Of a stretch of 64,000 nt of DNA, positions 43,340 to 56,622 are shown one piece after another; position 1 is the first letter of the stretch; every line of letters starts with the position of its first letter. The DNA is from Chlorokybus atmophyticus (Eukaryota; Plantae; Mesostigma and Chlorokybus algae): assembly GCA_009103225.1 (NCBI GenBank), contig RHPI01002264.1:176779-240778 (forward strand), read 5' to 3'. A program made the translations under genes and the position numbers. The notes under the pieces were generated by a model, which saw nothing but the letters and a program-made list of their open reading frames with translations, was not told the DNA's origin and did not search any database.

Positions 43340-45706
43340 CACATGGCGCCTGCAGGTTACTGGCACAAACCATTTGTGCCAGTACTGGCACCTGCCTTTC
43401 AGGTCTAGACCCGCAAGTCCCTAACACTAGCACAAAACGGCTTGTGCGAGTAATGAATATTATTTCTCTTACTGGTCGCTGGAACAAGCGGTTTTGTGCC
43501 AGAACTGGCATGCTGATTACATAGTCAAGACTGGCACCACAACTCGTTCCAGAACTGGTTTTAAAATCAAAGACAAGTACGAAAACACCCAAGACCCATG
43601 CTTACACTGGCACAAGATGATTACGTGCCAGTGCTGACTCGGGTGTTCAATTATGCTTTGTTGCTGTGCCAACACTGGCACATCATGCTAATGCACATTA
43701 AGTTGAGTTTTGGGGCACTGCAAGTAATAACAATAAAACACTATTATGCAAGTGTACATGATTGTGCACGCTACACAAATACATTGTCACTCTGCTACTC
43801 CTGCTCCTGCGACTGCTTCTACAGCTCCACTTCTCAATCCAAATCTAGCCAAGGTGCAGCTCCACATCCAACTGCAGCAGACCAACCACTAGATCAGCAA
43901 ACTAACTAGACCCAATGCAGACTAGCAGACCATAATGCAACCCACCTAAACTAACGGAAGGCAGCGGACTAGTAGACTAGACTAGCAGACCAACTAGACT
44001 TAAGGACCAGTAGACCACAATCGCAGTCCACCTAGACTAAACAAGTCCAGCGGATTAGAAGATTAAACCAGCAGCTGAGTAGCCTACCAGCACATCTTAG
44101 TAGACAAGCAATCGGGAGCGGCCAGGTGACCTTGTATTGATTGCTAGTAGTCTGGTCTTTGGCGGACTCGTAGAGTACGCCGTTGACATCGATATCGAAG
44201 GCTACATTGATGTGCAAGACTCCGCGCGGCATGGGCGGGATGCCGCCGAGCTGACATTTGCCCAGCAGGTGGCTGTCGTATGTGTCTCGTACACTTAAAC
44301 CAGCACACAGGATTCTTAGTATATGGCAACAATCTGCAAACTGTCAAGCTAATGGTCTAAACCGTGCCTAACGGCACACACTGCAGACATGAGCTTCAGC
44401 ATCCACTGCAAGCATAGTGTTGACACAACATGCACCGAAAGCTACAGGAGTGGTTGAAACACATGAGCAGGATGTAGCACCTTCACACGTGCAGCAGCGG
44501 GCTGGCAGGCGCTGCACTCCACGCGAACTGTTGCTTATGTCTTTGCCATACTTGCGTTTGAGGTCTTGTACATGCAGCACACAAAATGTTAGTAATAGCC
44601 CGCATGCAAGTCTACTTAGACACCAAGTCTTATACAAGTGCAAGTTGTGAAAATTGTACCTGTGAAGTGCTGAACGAGGCGATTGCCAAGTCTTCACCCC
44701 CAAAATGGGTGTCGCCAGCTGTGGCTCTAACCTCAACTAAGCATTCAAGTAAGCATCAATACCTGCTTGCAATACACAGTGTGAAGGGCGTTGTAATGAA
44801 TCACGTTGCTGCGAACTAGGTTGGATGTTATAAAACACAACAAAGAAAGAATGAAACACCTCAGGGGCATCGGTGCCGAGCGCCCTGCTAAGGCAGCTTG
44901 TGATGGCGACGTTTGCAGCAGGTCTAGAAGCGGTTGCAGCAGGCAGTGCCGAACAGCTTGCTTGCGTTAAGCCGACCGAGCAGTTAGTTGCGCCTTCACA
45001 CTAGCACGTGCACCACCCGCCCGCGTACCCCTACGCCAAGCCCGCCCAGCCGACCAGCATGAGCTTAGCGGCTGCACTAATCTACTGGCTTATGGGGCAG
45101 GAAACTTACAGTTACAGAAGTTGTAAGCTAATTTACGTAAAGTCGGTCACTTGTAACTTACATTGTTTTATGCTATGTGACTGACAGTAGTGTGTCAACT
45201 GACTCGTAAGGCTTCAGTTTGGATTATTGACTGAGGCTGAGAGCCCCAATCGCGGTTAGTGCTGCACGCGATAATAACTGACAATCAACCGATAAGCACG
45301 GACTTCGACTGACCAGTCACGCCGAGTGACTCCCTTAGTATGTGGTCGAAGTGCTGAGTGAGTCAGTATTTATTGGAAGCCGGCACTGCCGGGTCTGAAA
45401 CCCTCAGTCGCGCAGATAAAAAGACCTATGGACTTAGACTTGCTAGTCTTTAGGTCTTTTAGGTTTCATGCCATTGATTATTGTGTTATTTAGGTTTTAT
45501 ATACTGGCATGGATGTCTTTGATCAATATTGGCCCGGGTTTGTGCCAGCATTGGCATGAGCTCCTACTCTCATGCCATTGCTGGGGCGTTTGTGCTACTA
45601 TTGGTCTATAGCGTACCGACCAGTACTGGCACAATTCTTTGACAAGTTGCCAATATCGGCACAGTCTGTTCGTGCCAATACTGGCATGGGGCGCTGGCCC
45701 CATGTG
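43340..45706. mobile_element. Non-autonomous CACTA/CMC-type element (Pack-type) carrying host gene fragments
   Basis: Termini CACATGG(C/G)GCC...CCATGTG with an imperfect inverted repeat of about 55 bp; TAT on both sides (43337-43339 and 45707-45709). Subterminal copies of the palindrome GTGCCAGTACTGGCAC or variants at 43376, 43496, 43625, 43666, 45542, ~45619 and 45672. No transposase. Confidence 0.75.
44130..44736 (-). pseudogene. HSP70: Non-contiguous HSP70 gene fragments with intron remnants
   Basis: EVRATAGDTHFGGEDL (44736-44660, flanked by AG and GT); DLKRKYGKDISNSSRGVQRL (~44565-44490); then Y*ESCVLV*VYE..DSHLLGKCQLGGIPPMPRGVLHINVAFDIDVNGVLYESAKDQTTSNQYKVT (~44335-44130). About 150 codons between the second and third pieces are missing. 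Confidence 0.9.
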
Positions 45707-46185
45707 TATGCATCTGCTGGTAGATCGGGCAGGGGTCTGGCTGTAGGAAAGGCGCTCGAGGGTAAATGGCATGACATGATGCATAACATAAGGCTTACAC
45801 AAGAATGAAACTTGCTTATTGAAAGCTTGTAAGTGTTTTGTGTATATGATGTACATTTATACCACTGAATACACAATATGGAATTATGTGCATATACATT
45901 GACCCAATGTGACATGTATATACGTATTAACGGTTTATACGGGTACGCGTAAGGGGTGTTACGTAATAAACATAGCTTATCATGCGCTTTTCCATACGCT
46001 ACAAATGCCACCACCTGACATGCCACACGCATACAATGGCACGAGTAATTACATGGAATTTTAGGTGTTTAAAACCATGTACTTTGATGACGCAAAAGCA
46101 AAGCATCACATTCGTTATTATAAATATGACCAACACGTTTTTGGGGTCGACCTGACGACAACACCTCGCAACTTTACTCTGTTAA

Positions 46186-46250
46186 AGCCCCCTTGCTTGA
46201 AGTTCCCTTGCTTGAAGCCCCCTTGCTTGAAGCCCTCTTGACATCAAGGG
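46186..46250. repeat. Short tandem repeat (CCCTTGCTTGAAG)x3-4
   Basis: aagcccccttgcttgaagttcccttgcttgaagcccccttgcttgaagccctcttgac. Confidence 0.8.
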
Positions 46251-46899
46251 GTGGGCGGAGCTGTATTACATTAAGGCGCCAAGATCAGGAACTGTTACCA
46301 TAAATAAAGCTTCCTCACCAATAAGGTGGAGCGCTGTAGATGTGAAAGGGGCTTTGTACTGCTGGGGCTCGTTTCGTGTATTATGTCCATGCTGAGGGCG
46401 GGCAAGTGCGCAACAGAGACAACAAAGTGAGTGAGCCCAGTGGTAGCTATGCATACTCAGTGCAGCTGTCCGGTGTTGCTGCTTGGCGGCGGTGAGCGCC
46501 TCAGCATGCGCCGCCTCAACAGCATGGGGCGACACGCGCTGCTTATCGCAGCGTGATTGAGCCTGCTGGCGCTTTTTAAGAGAGGCTCGTTTGCTTATTC
46601 TGCGCAGATCAGTGCATACGCATGCATGCATGCTGACTCTAACAGTGGCAGGCCAGCTGCTCGTATGCCAAGTTGTAGCTTAAGTTGTTGCAAAGTTCAT
46701 CAAGTTGTGCAATTGTGCTGATTGAGGTGATTGTGGTAAAATATGTTGATCTCTACACTAGCTGTTTGCGTTGCAAGCGCCCAGGAGACCATTAAAGCTT
46801 GACAGCTGTAGTAATAAGCTTGTGTTGCATGTAGTTGTTGGTATGTGCTTTTGCATTCAATGATGCTTAAGTTATTTGCTACAAAAACTGTTTAGCGTT

Positions 46900-47830
46900 G
46901 CGCTGCTCGAGACATCCTGGGCAACTTTGTATGCTGTATGTTGTCATACCCTAGCAGTTTTTGTAGCAACGAGGGCAATGCTTGTGGCTGCCATTGTGGA
47001 GGCGAATTCTGCATAACAAAGAGCGAGCGTGTCATCGTCAGCCATGAGGTATATACTTGACACCACATGCATAACAGCAAGAGCGAGCGTGTCATTGTCA
47101 GCCATGAGGTACATACTTGACACCACATGTTAGGTGCGCACATAAACATGTATGCATGCGCGCTTGCTTGTAACAACACGCTGAGTAGCTCGTATTTATG
47201 AGCGCTGCAACAAGTGGGGGTCTTTCGTCCAGATGCTTGAAGCTTTCGGTTGGGTTGACCGCTGACAGTGCGTGCTTGATTGTTGATGGATGAGTTTGGT
47301 TATGAGCTGCTGGGTGTCATGCCCTACGCCTACCACAAGCTTCCAAATGGGGAGCTCGAGCACACGGCGTCTTGCAAGATGAAACCCTTCTACTTCCAAG
47401 AAGGCTAGGACCCTGCGAGACCCTTTGTCGCTGCGTGTTGCCACTCTACACACGCATGCATGCATGGATGTGCGCGCACACACACATAGACTTAAGCATG
47501 CACACGCACAAAACTAGGCACACGCACAATCGCATGCACATGTGCCCATTCACGTGTGCATATGCATGTGTGCACCCACACAAGGATTTTCTGCCAACCA
47601 GCACAAGGATGTGGCGAAAATGAAGTTTGGCCGCCAGCGCAAGTACGTAAAGCTGCCCGATTATGCGGGATGGCTAGCAGGCCTGTACTCATCCACTCTT
47701 CAGGAGGAGTGGACTTCGCCCCCACTTGCTCGATTTTGCCAGTACAACATGCCCCTGCTCATTATCCGGAAGGCGATGGTGAGGAACACGACCAACTGTC
47801 CACACTGGCAGGTGCACGCCTCTTCTGATT
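46900..47830 (+). pseudogene. Unidentified degenerate coding exons
   Basis: GC3-biased frames DEFGYELLGVMPYAYHKLPNGELEHTASCKMKPFYFQEG* (~47290-47410) and QGFSANQHKDVAKMKFGRQRKYVKLPDYAGWLAGLY... (47581-47832); 60-bp tandem duplication at ~47005-47130. Confidence 0.35.
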
Positions 47831-48499
47831 AAACGCCCACACAAGCCCTTGATGGTGATCTGCAACAAGCACACAACAGAGCGGGGCAAACCGTTAGAAA
47901 ACTTTATCCTATCCCCACATTGCGCTCGCTTATAAAAAAGCAGACACAAAGGTGGGAAAAGCAATCGCATGCCACATATGACTACCACTTGGTGATGTTG
48001 CTTATGGTGTGTTGCAACTGCAAATTAACTAGGATGTTCTCAATTGTGTACAATCGGGCAGGCGTAGCAGTACCTAAGAACAATTTAATATGTGGATGTA
48101 TAGCATCAGCATTAACAACGTCATTAGATTTGCAAGCGCATTGACACCTTGGTGTGCAGGAGTATCAGTGTTTTCCAGGTACTATAACTCACTGCATCAA
48201 CTACGGTGCTTTTCATGCAGCTATGTCACTGCCGCACTGAGTAGTCTGAGTAACGTGTATACTGGTGTCAAAGATGAGCCCATGTTGCGAAGGGAGTTCC
48301 CGCATGTCGTCATCATCAGCAGCACATTGCAAACACCACCCGCCTCCCCTTGGTACAGCTGCATGTCATGGCATAGTGTCATGCTATTCGTCAACGTCCG
48401 CGAAGTCTCCACGACCAGGCCTATATAGCCAGGCATCCACGCCTGCTATTAGCATGAGGACCGCGCACCGCACGTCATATGATTGCCACGGCTGTCGTG

Positions 48500-48916
48500 A
48501 GGTACGGGCATCATCATAGGTACCGTCGTAGGTGCCATCGTAGGTACTATTGTAGCTGTTCCGTTCTGGCTCAACTTGAGCTGCATCGTTCCAACGGCTC
48601 TATCGCTTGAACTCACAACTAGCCGTTGCTAGGACTGCACAGTTGTAAGTGGATGTGGCTGTACTATAAATAGCAGACATAGCCACATTGTTACTTAGCA
48701 AGACTGTAAGTTTCACAAAGCAAGGACTGATCAATGCGCCAATCTTTGCAATATATGGACTACACGTGAGCTTGGTGTGTTGTGCTTATTGTGTAAGTTA
48801 GCGAGCACACTTGCCTCACACACTCGCTGCGCTTGCTTGCATTGTTGAGCGTACACACGCATAAGTCAAGGCCTACTATCACACTTGTTAGTAGCACCCA
48901 CAGCTCTTACATAACA
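48500..48916 (+). mobile_element. Possible solo LTR
   Basis: CTATAAATAG TATA-like box (~48664), TCCAACGGCT and CTAGCCGTTG motifs, and an end at ...CTTACATAACA. No TSD or partner LTR found. Confidence 0.3.
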
Positions 48917-51514
48917 GGCAACATATATACATACATACATACACGGGCATCTTGCTATTGTGGGAAGGCCCTATAAGCACAGCAACTAAGTAGGTGGCTT
49001 GCTGCCTACATAGCTTCCTCTACACTTAGCTATGATGGGTGGAAGCTCTTCTCAGCTGCACACAGTTGTCCACAACAGCCTCGGCCTTGCGTACATTGAT
49101 AATATTGTCATCGCGCACGCACACCATTAGCAACCAACAGTCACATCCTCAAGAAGGATTAGCCCTCGTGGACGCCCGGCTCGACAACAGTCCTCCATCT
49201 TCATCACAATGCAGCTCAATCTGATGCGTGCCTGCTGTATACAACATTGGGTGCATTGCAATACGCAATCAAAAGATAGTGCCATATTCAGTGGAATTAA
49301 AGCATTTTTAGGGCGGGACGGCTATTCTCGCAAGCTACTTTGGGGGCCGGAACATTGTGCTTGCCAAAGCTTGATACGAGAAAAGGTACAACGCGTACAA
49401 ATGGCTCTTTCCTTTCCTCAACTGCACCTGGGTGACCCCAGTCAAGTCCACGACCTCATGACGAAGACTTTCAGACTTTCATCCCGCAAAATGCTGAGTA
49501 CATTGATGATAAGTCTGTTGCGCTTGGCCTTGCGGGCTGCTCAAGGAAGGACGACGAGTTCCCCAACCCTCGCGCTCTCTTTTGTTGCTTGCGTGCGTGA
49601 TGACGCTTGTTTTGTTGCGGAATGGTCGTTACAACACAACAATGCTGTTATAAGAACACGATGTGACGTGCATGTCTACTAATACCGTCTAACACACTGT
49701 AAAAATAATGACTGTTGTTCTGTCTTTCTGGGGGAGGAGAGTAGGGGCTTGAATCGTGGCCACTCCGTGAGTTGGATCCGCTCCAAGTTGTGCGTTTTTG
49801 TATTCACAACTAATAATTTACAAGCTATAATTGCAAGCAGAGAAGTGCAACATGTTGCAGTGAACACTCTGGGCCTACCCTAGGTGAGTCATCGCCACAA
49901 TGTAACACAACTGTTCGTTTACAATGTTTACTAACAAGCGCAAATTGATCTCTCCTCATTATTGAGACTCAGCCAACAAGGCTTAGCAAAAAAAAGCAAC
50001 TGCAATGAAGAACGTTGGTACTACCTTGTAAAACCAACGCTCTTCATTGCAAAGTAGTTGCTCAAGAGCCGTCAAGTCACACACTTAAGCCACGAGGAGA
50101 TTGCTAGCAAAAGGTCTTGATACGCGAAATTGCAATGTGCGCATTGACTATGTTCAAGCGACATATTGTGTCAGGTCAGCTGCTGGCCAAGGGCCAAGGG
50201 GCATATGTACTAGCATTGTGCTCCTGGCAGCCAATATACTGATGGCCACACACGGCAGCTGTCGTTGTCATACCAAATCATACATTTGGCTGGCATACTT
50301 GTTTGCATGCGCAGGCTGTGTCAGTATAAATGAGGATGCTTGCATGCGCAGGCTAAGATGCATACATGAATGCTAATGATGCACATGCGGGCATGTGGGC
50401 ACACCCGCCAGCAGTGCACGCACGCGTACAATCACTACAAAGTTTTAGCCCTTCAAAGACGTCTCATGTGCAGTGATTGTCATCTAATGTTCAGTTGAAA
50501 ACGTCTGAACTAGCGGCATGCATGTAGTGTAAGTTGTTTACATTTTAAACAACATCTGAACATCACACGCTGGCATCTTACCTAACCTCAATGCAACAAT
50601 GCTTCATGAGGTGTGAGTGTGACTGTAAGACTCTGCAGCTGAAAATCAGCTGCACGTACAGCTTAAAGAAAGATGCGCGTTGAACCCAAGACACATGCGT
50701 CTTAATGTGCGCACACTTTGCAAATGGCTACAGTGACTGGCTTACCATCAGTTGCAGTTGTTGTACTTTAAGCCTTAAAGTGTAACGGTGCCATGTGCTT
50801 AGCTATAGCAACATGGAATGCAACGCGATGGATTGCAACTGACTGTGCAACAGACTACTTTGGTTATCAATATTACATTGATGCCTAATAAAGACCAGCA
50901 GCACAAACGCTCTTTAAAGTACGCTCTTTAAAGTACCAGAACATGCTTAGCATAAGCTCGGAGCCAACACGGATTGCGATGCCGGGCCTGTCCAGAGCTG
51001 CAGGGACGGTGAGGGCTGGGGCTTTGAGGGCGGAAGGGGCTGGCCATAAAAAGAGAGGGCTGCAGGGGCTGGGGCGGAGGGCAAGGAAGAGCTTGGGTGC
51101 TGCGGGTCGGGGGAAGCTCGTGCGGCGCAGCAGGAACTGGCGGGGCGGTGAGAGCTGGAGGGTGGAAGGTAGGAGACTGAATCACTCAGCACGGTGCAGA
51201 CCGCTGAAGGGCGGAGGGGGCGTTAGGGGTGAGAGAAGCCATGTAACTGAGTGGGCCCATTATGATGGCCTGCGGCTACTTGCTGGAACCTCTGCACACG
51301 CAAGCATGGAGTCTGAAAAAAACGGTGCTCTCACTGCGCTGGATTTCCTGGCGTCACCCAATCATCGTCCTCCTGTAGCTCTGCAACACTTGCATATTAG
51401 CGTGCGCTATGCCTTGGCGGTTGTTGACATGATGTCACTACATGTGCAAATGCTCAGCATTGCACTCACCTATATCACTGGGTGCCTCCTCCAGGTCTGC
51501 ATATATAAGATTAG

Positions 51515-54500
51515 TCATTTGTTGGCAGCTTTTCGTTGCGAGCTCATGTAAGAAGCAAGCAAGCTTGCAGCGGCAAACACACCTGAATAGCTTAGCCGCT
51601 CTTCCTCAACGCCGGCAAGTGCTGTGTCTGCACCAGCTCCAACACTGTGGTGCTTGCGAGCCTCGCGTAAGGTAGCTTCACGCACACCTCGCGTCATAAC
51701 TTCACTGCAGAGGGAAGAGGATCAGGATCTGCAATCTCCACGCGCACTGACTTCACAAATGAAGCTCGGTTTGCAACTTCTTTTGCAAGGACCATGAGCG
51801 TGTCCGGATGCTTGACACCCAGGGAAACGAAGAACACCTGGCCAACGATGCGATTGGCCTCAATATACGGCTAATCATCTTGCCTAAAACATTTCTTCCT
51901 TTTGACCCAGAACCGCCCCGTGTCTGTGGTAGCTTGAACACCGTTCTCAAACGGCTTCTTGAACCACTTTACCCTGCACAATACCAATTACAACAACAGC
52001 ACATCAGCACGCACGCACGAGCGCACGCACGCGCGTGTGCACAACGTCATGTACCAAAGTTGGCTTCTCATATGTTGATATTGTGACGACATGTGAGCAA
52101 CATAGCCTAGCACGGTTCGTGCTGCACGGTGATAGCTTACCTCAGTTCCAATGAAGGGGATAGCAAGAATCTCCAGCACCAGGCCCTAACAGGGTATCGT
52201 CGCCCACTCGGGATGTTGATCTCCTTTGTGGCTCCGGAACTCACTGCGAAAGCCCGCTTCCACGCCGCAATCAAAGGTTAATTTGCCACGATCAAAGCGC
52301 GATGCGATAGTGCTTGCCCTGGTAGTTCATGTGGGTGTACGACAACTAGCAGGGCAGCCAATGAACAATGCACATGATGTGCGATCAAAGCCTTAAACAT
52401 CTTCCGGATACTGCATAAGGAGTAGCTGTAGCTGGGTCGAGATGTTGCAACTCCGGAGGGATGCGCTTAGCTTCGCCGTAAGTACGCCGCAACTTGCGCC
52501 TCTTGTTTTCCCTGTCCTCGTTAACAGTCTAGCATACTGCACGCGGCCAAGCTATATTCAGCCAATAAGCACCAAACACAACATTGTGCAATGCATTGGA
52601 TGAGTGGGTTGTATACTTACTCATGAAGCGTCGCAACGTCCTTGTTGTTGTTCTCGACGTACAGGTTAATCATACCGATTTCCTGCTGTGTTAGATTGCG
52701 CCGGCTTGGCGCACCTAACAACTCCGGAGTGTCGTGCAAGGGATCAACAAGAGTAATGCCAGCAAAGGGCCAGACCAACCTCAACGCCTTTGAGCCACAC
52801 ATACCAATCTCCTCCAGCTCTTGCGACACAACAATGCTTGCTTCTGAAGGCTTGCGACTCGTGGCCTGCTTGCGGATGTGTTCATACGGCGTTCAGCCCC
52901 AAACATCCATGTACCCCGTACAGGGCCGCAACGGCGTAGCTGCTGCGTCGAATGCAGTACAAGATGCGTAGAAATAGTAAAGATAGATCTAGGAAAGTCT
53001 CGTTCAAGTAAGCACAAAGCTTCTAACAAGTCCAGTTCCATGCCATCCATGGTGCGCCGTTTGGCTCTTGGGTATCCATGGTGCGCTAATGCATGCTAGC
53101 GCATCGCAGAATTTTGTCAGCGTGGCGCGCTGCCTCGGTTGAAGCTTTCCAGTGGTGACAGCTGGCAGCAGTATTGTACCTGCACAACCGAGCGCGTGAG
53201 TGCACGTGCATGCACATAAGAAAGCAAGTCTAATAGCATGTACACACGCGCGACAGCTCGCATGAGTGCGTGTATGTGTGGTAGTGAAAAAGAGAAAGAG
53301 AGAGTCTGACACAGCACATGCGCACGCATAACAGCTCGCATGTGTGTTCGGCGAGGGAGACAGAGGGGGTCTGGTACAGCACATGCACATGCAATCATTG
53401 AGAGAGAGAGAGAGAGAGAGAGCATATGTGTGTGTGGAGGGAGTAGTATGTCAGCTGAGCATGCACAAGCATGGCTGAAGACTTACCTATATTGTGCAAG
53501 TCGTGAGTCTTGGCTTTGAACCTGCCTCCGCCTGTCAGTGTGGCAGCTAAGGAGCTACCACCAAAGTGCGATGGATAGCGCATGGGCCTCCATGTCCTGC
53601 GTATGTCATCGATCTCGTCCGCCACGAATGGCGCAGGTGGCTTGGTGACATATTCTTTCCCCTTTTGTTGGTTTTCATGATCGACCACAGTTCCTGATGA
53701 ATTCGTTGCTCCATAAGATTGTACCTGCAAGCCATACATGAGCATGCATGGTCATATACACAGACATGGCACAAAGAGTGTAAGGGAGCTGCATCAATGT
53801 AATAACCTCAACTTGCCTGTCTTTGACGTCGTCTCCTTTCTTCCCTGTAAGACACATGACAATGCGCTTGATTGTGTTTGACACACAACGCACGTGGTCG
53901 ACAAGATGTCCGGGGACTTGTGCCCAATATGGCAGCACAGTAAATAGAGATACACCCTTGACTCCACTCTCCCGAGCAAGGTCTTGATGTGCAGGCCCTT
54001 CATGTGCTGCAGCTTCACGTGCAGCACGTTGAACAAACTCTGGCGATATCGGCGCTGGTGGTGGCTGCAGCTCGTGACTGCCCCATTCCATGCTGGTTCG
54101 GAAAGGTTGGTTGAGGGGTAAACTGGCGGTGCTTGCAAAAGACGCACTTCCTTAGCCATGGCATGTACTCCCCCTTGAAGTAGGGCCCGCATAACGCATG
54201 CAATGTGTCCTCCAGTTTGCCGATTAGCTACTTCTCCATACCCTGGGTAGTCATGCAAGCATGCTATAAGCATTGCCTTCACGCGAAATAGCGACGGTGG
54301 ATGGGCAGGCGAGCTGACATCCACAACTTCAACACCTCGATGCTATAACACCAACATCTCTTGTATCAGCGGAAGTAAATATGTTTGTAGAGCTTGCGGC
54401 TCAGCAGGACCTACGCACGCATGTGTATCAATGCATATATGAAGCAAAGCACATTTGCATATCCATTTGACTATTGCCTAAGTGCTTACCCGGGATGACA

Positions 54501-55900
54501 CCAATGGTCCACATGCACTCTGTCTTGAAAGTCAGCCACGGAAATAGGTTGTAGCAGAAAACTGTCAAGGGCCAGACCGTGTACGAGCTCTGCGCTGATG
54601 GTCCTCGCTTGAATGGGTTAACCCCATCAGTCGTGAATCCAAGCCTTGGATGACGCGGGTCCTCACGAAACTCAGCATAGCTTGCCTCAAGCTCAGACCA
54701 CGTTGGGGAGTCATGAATGCTACGCATCCATTCATCAGCAGAACGCTTTGTGGCATGCGCAGTCAGCTTGCTGGAAAAGTCTTGCAAGCGAAAGGCTCGC
54801 TTGATGCGCGGAATTAATGGCAGATAGTGGAACACTTTCTTGGGCGTAAGGACACCTGAACGCGACGATTGTGCATTCTACCTGGCAAGCGTTTGGAGTT
54901 AAGCAAGTGGTTGCATTTGCCAGCCAGAAGGGTGAGATACATACGTAGTAGTTTGGTTTGCAAGCTTTACATGCACTCTCCGCCATGGCATATAACACTT
55001 GCCTTGATGAAAGGCAAATGGGACAGTGTTGCGTGTTTGCGTGCGCTCCCCAAAACAGCATGCAGTCATCCTTACATACATCAATGCGTTGTGCCGGCAG
55101 TCCCATATGACGGAGGACACGCAGAAGGTGATGCTTATTGTGAGGCAACTTGTTGCCATGTGGTAGCATGCGCTCATGCAGCAGTGCGGATAGGCGATCA
55201 AGATCAGTTGCACTGGAAGTGCCTTTCACTCTTAAGTCCAACAATAGTAAAGCAGCCATCCCCACTGTCAAGTCACTACGTGGAAACAGCGCCTCCTGCT
55301 GCATGTGCGATAGATCCTCGCAAAACGTGTCCACATCTGCCTCCCTTGCCTCAAACTCATCTAGAAAGTCAAGTTCATCGACCTCCACTCCACCATTGCT
55401 TTCACTAATGTCAGAACTTGCAGCACTTTCAGTCCGTTTCAACCGCTTCACCAATCGTGCTGCGCAACAGGGAAGATGTGTTGATAGAGAGGGAGGGTTA
55501 GGGTTGTGCTTCATCACGTCATCTTCATCACAACAATCACGCACAATACCTGTCTACCCACGAACTTGTGGGCAGCGCTGCTGGCTCTTCTTCCCATGTG
55601 TTGCTCGAAACATCCGCTGTGTGATGCTGCACGGTCTCTTGTACATTCACCTCGACAGTAGCCGCGGTCGCATTGTGTACTACTACATTGTGGCTTGCCT
55701 GCCATGCACGTGTAAGCCTCTGGGTTCAAGTGTTGTGTACACTTATGCAGTGATTCTAATAAACACTGTGCGCGCGCTCGCGATGGCATTGTATGTTGCA
55801 CATTTAGCTCGAACCAGCCACATTTCATAACTAAATAATAATAGTTTAGTGCTGCCTTACCTGGTGATGCACCTGTTGGTGTTGACCGCCAGCACTGGCA
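51515..55900 (-). pseudogene. CACTA transposase TnpD (Transposase_21, DUF4218, DUF4216), spliced, with stops and frameshifts
   Basis: RIDVCKDDCMLFW..CPIC; FHYLPLIPRIKRAF; HDSPTW; EDPRHPRLGFTTDGVNPF; WPLTVFCYNLFPWL; YWAQVPGHLVDHV; LCLLERDFPRSIFTISTHLVLH..CGPVRGTWMFGAER (DUF4218); VKWFKK..D*PYIEANRIVGQVFFV (DUF4216). Confidence 0.9.
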
Positions 55901-56548
55901 TGATTGGACTGCAGTACACATAATCTCAAGGAGGATCTCAAGAAGGTTCAACGCGTGCCAGTGCTGTATTTTGATCAAATAGACATAACTTATTGCATAC
56001 ACAATGCTGGCACAATTTGCAAAGCAATAGCAGCAACGCTTACCATGCGTCCATACTTCAAAATATGTCGAGTTTGTGTGCCCACATTGACTGGTGTCGG
56101 CTGAAGCCCTTGACAACTGTTGCAAGCGCAGTACAATTCATCATGCTTGCAGTCGTGACGGAAAGGTTGCATGCTTGTGATGTCTTTTGCGCACAGCTCT
56201 GGCATGCACACGTGAGTCATAGTAGATGACGCTTGATCTTAGCCATGCATTCAGACGTATATTATGTGGTTACTATATGCGCGCAGCGGCAGTGCAACAA
56301 CGCAGCTCTTAAGAGCCTTGCAAGCAGCTGGCATCGGCTGTGTGGGCCTTGAAATAGCACATATGGCTGTACATTATTACATGCATGTGCTGTCTAGGTA
56401 CTAGTAGGATAGCATGCCTGCACAGCAACAAACCACTGAGCGCAGCGGCTGTGTGGGCCTTGAATAGCACATAGGGTTGTACATTATTACACACATGTGC
56501 TGTCTAGGGATTTCTGAGATAGCATGGCTGCACAGCAACAAACTACAC

Positions 56549-56622
56549 AGCGCACCTTGCAGTTGGACAGCAAGCAGCGCAGCAATTGCTGCGCTGCTTG
56601 CTGTCCAACTGCAAGGTGCGCT
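56549..56622. repeat. 74-bp perfect palindrome with no spacer
   Basis: AGCGCACCTTGCAGTTGGACAGCAAGCAGCGCAGCAA|TTGCTGCGCTGCTTGCTGTCCAACTGCAAGGTGCGCT; extends to 56539-56632 with a 2-bp mismatch. Confidence 0.95.

Noticed and set aside
49270-49400. Resemblance to an L1 RT C-terminal region (IKAFL..RKL.W)
   Set aside because: The diagnostic GGLG and downstream motifs are absent; kept only as unassigned coding-like sequence.
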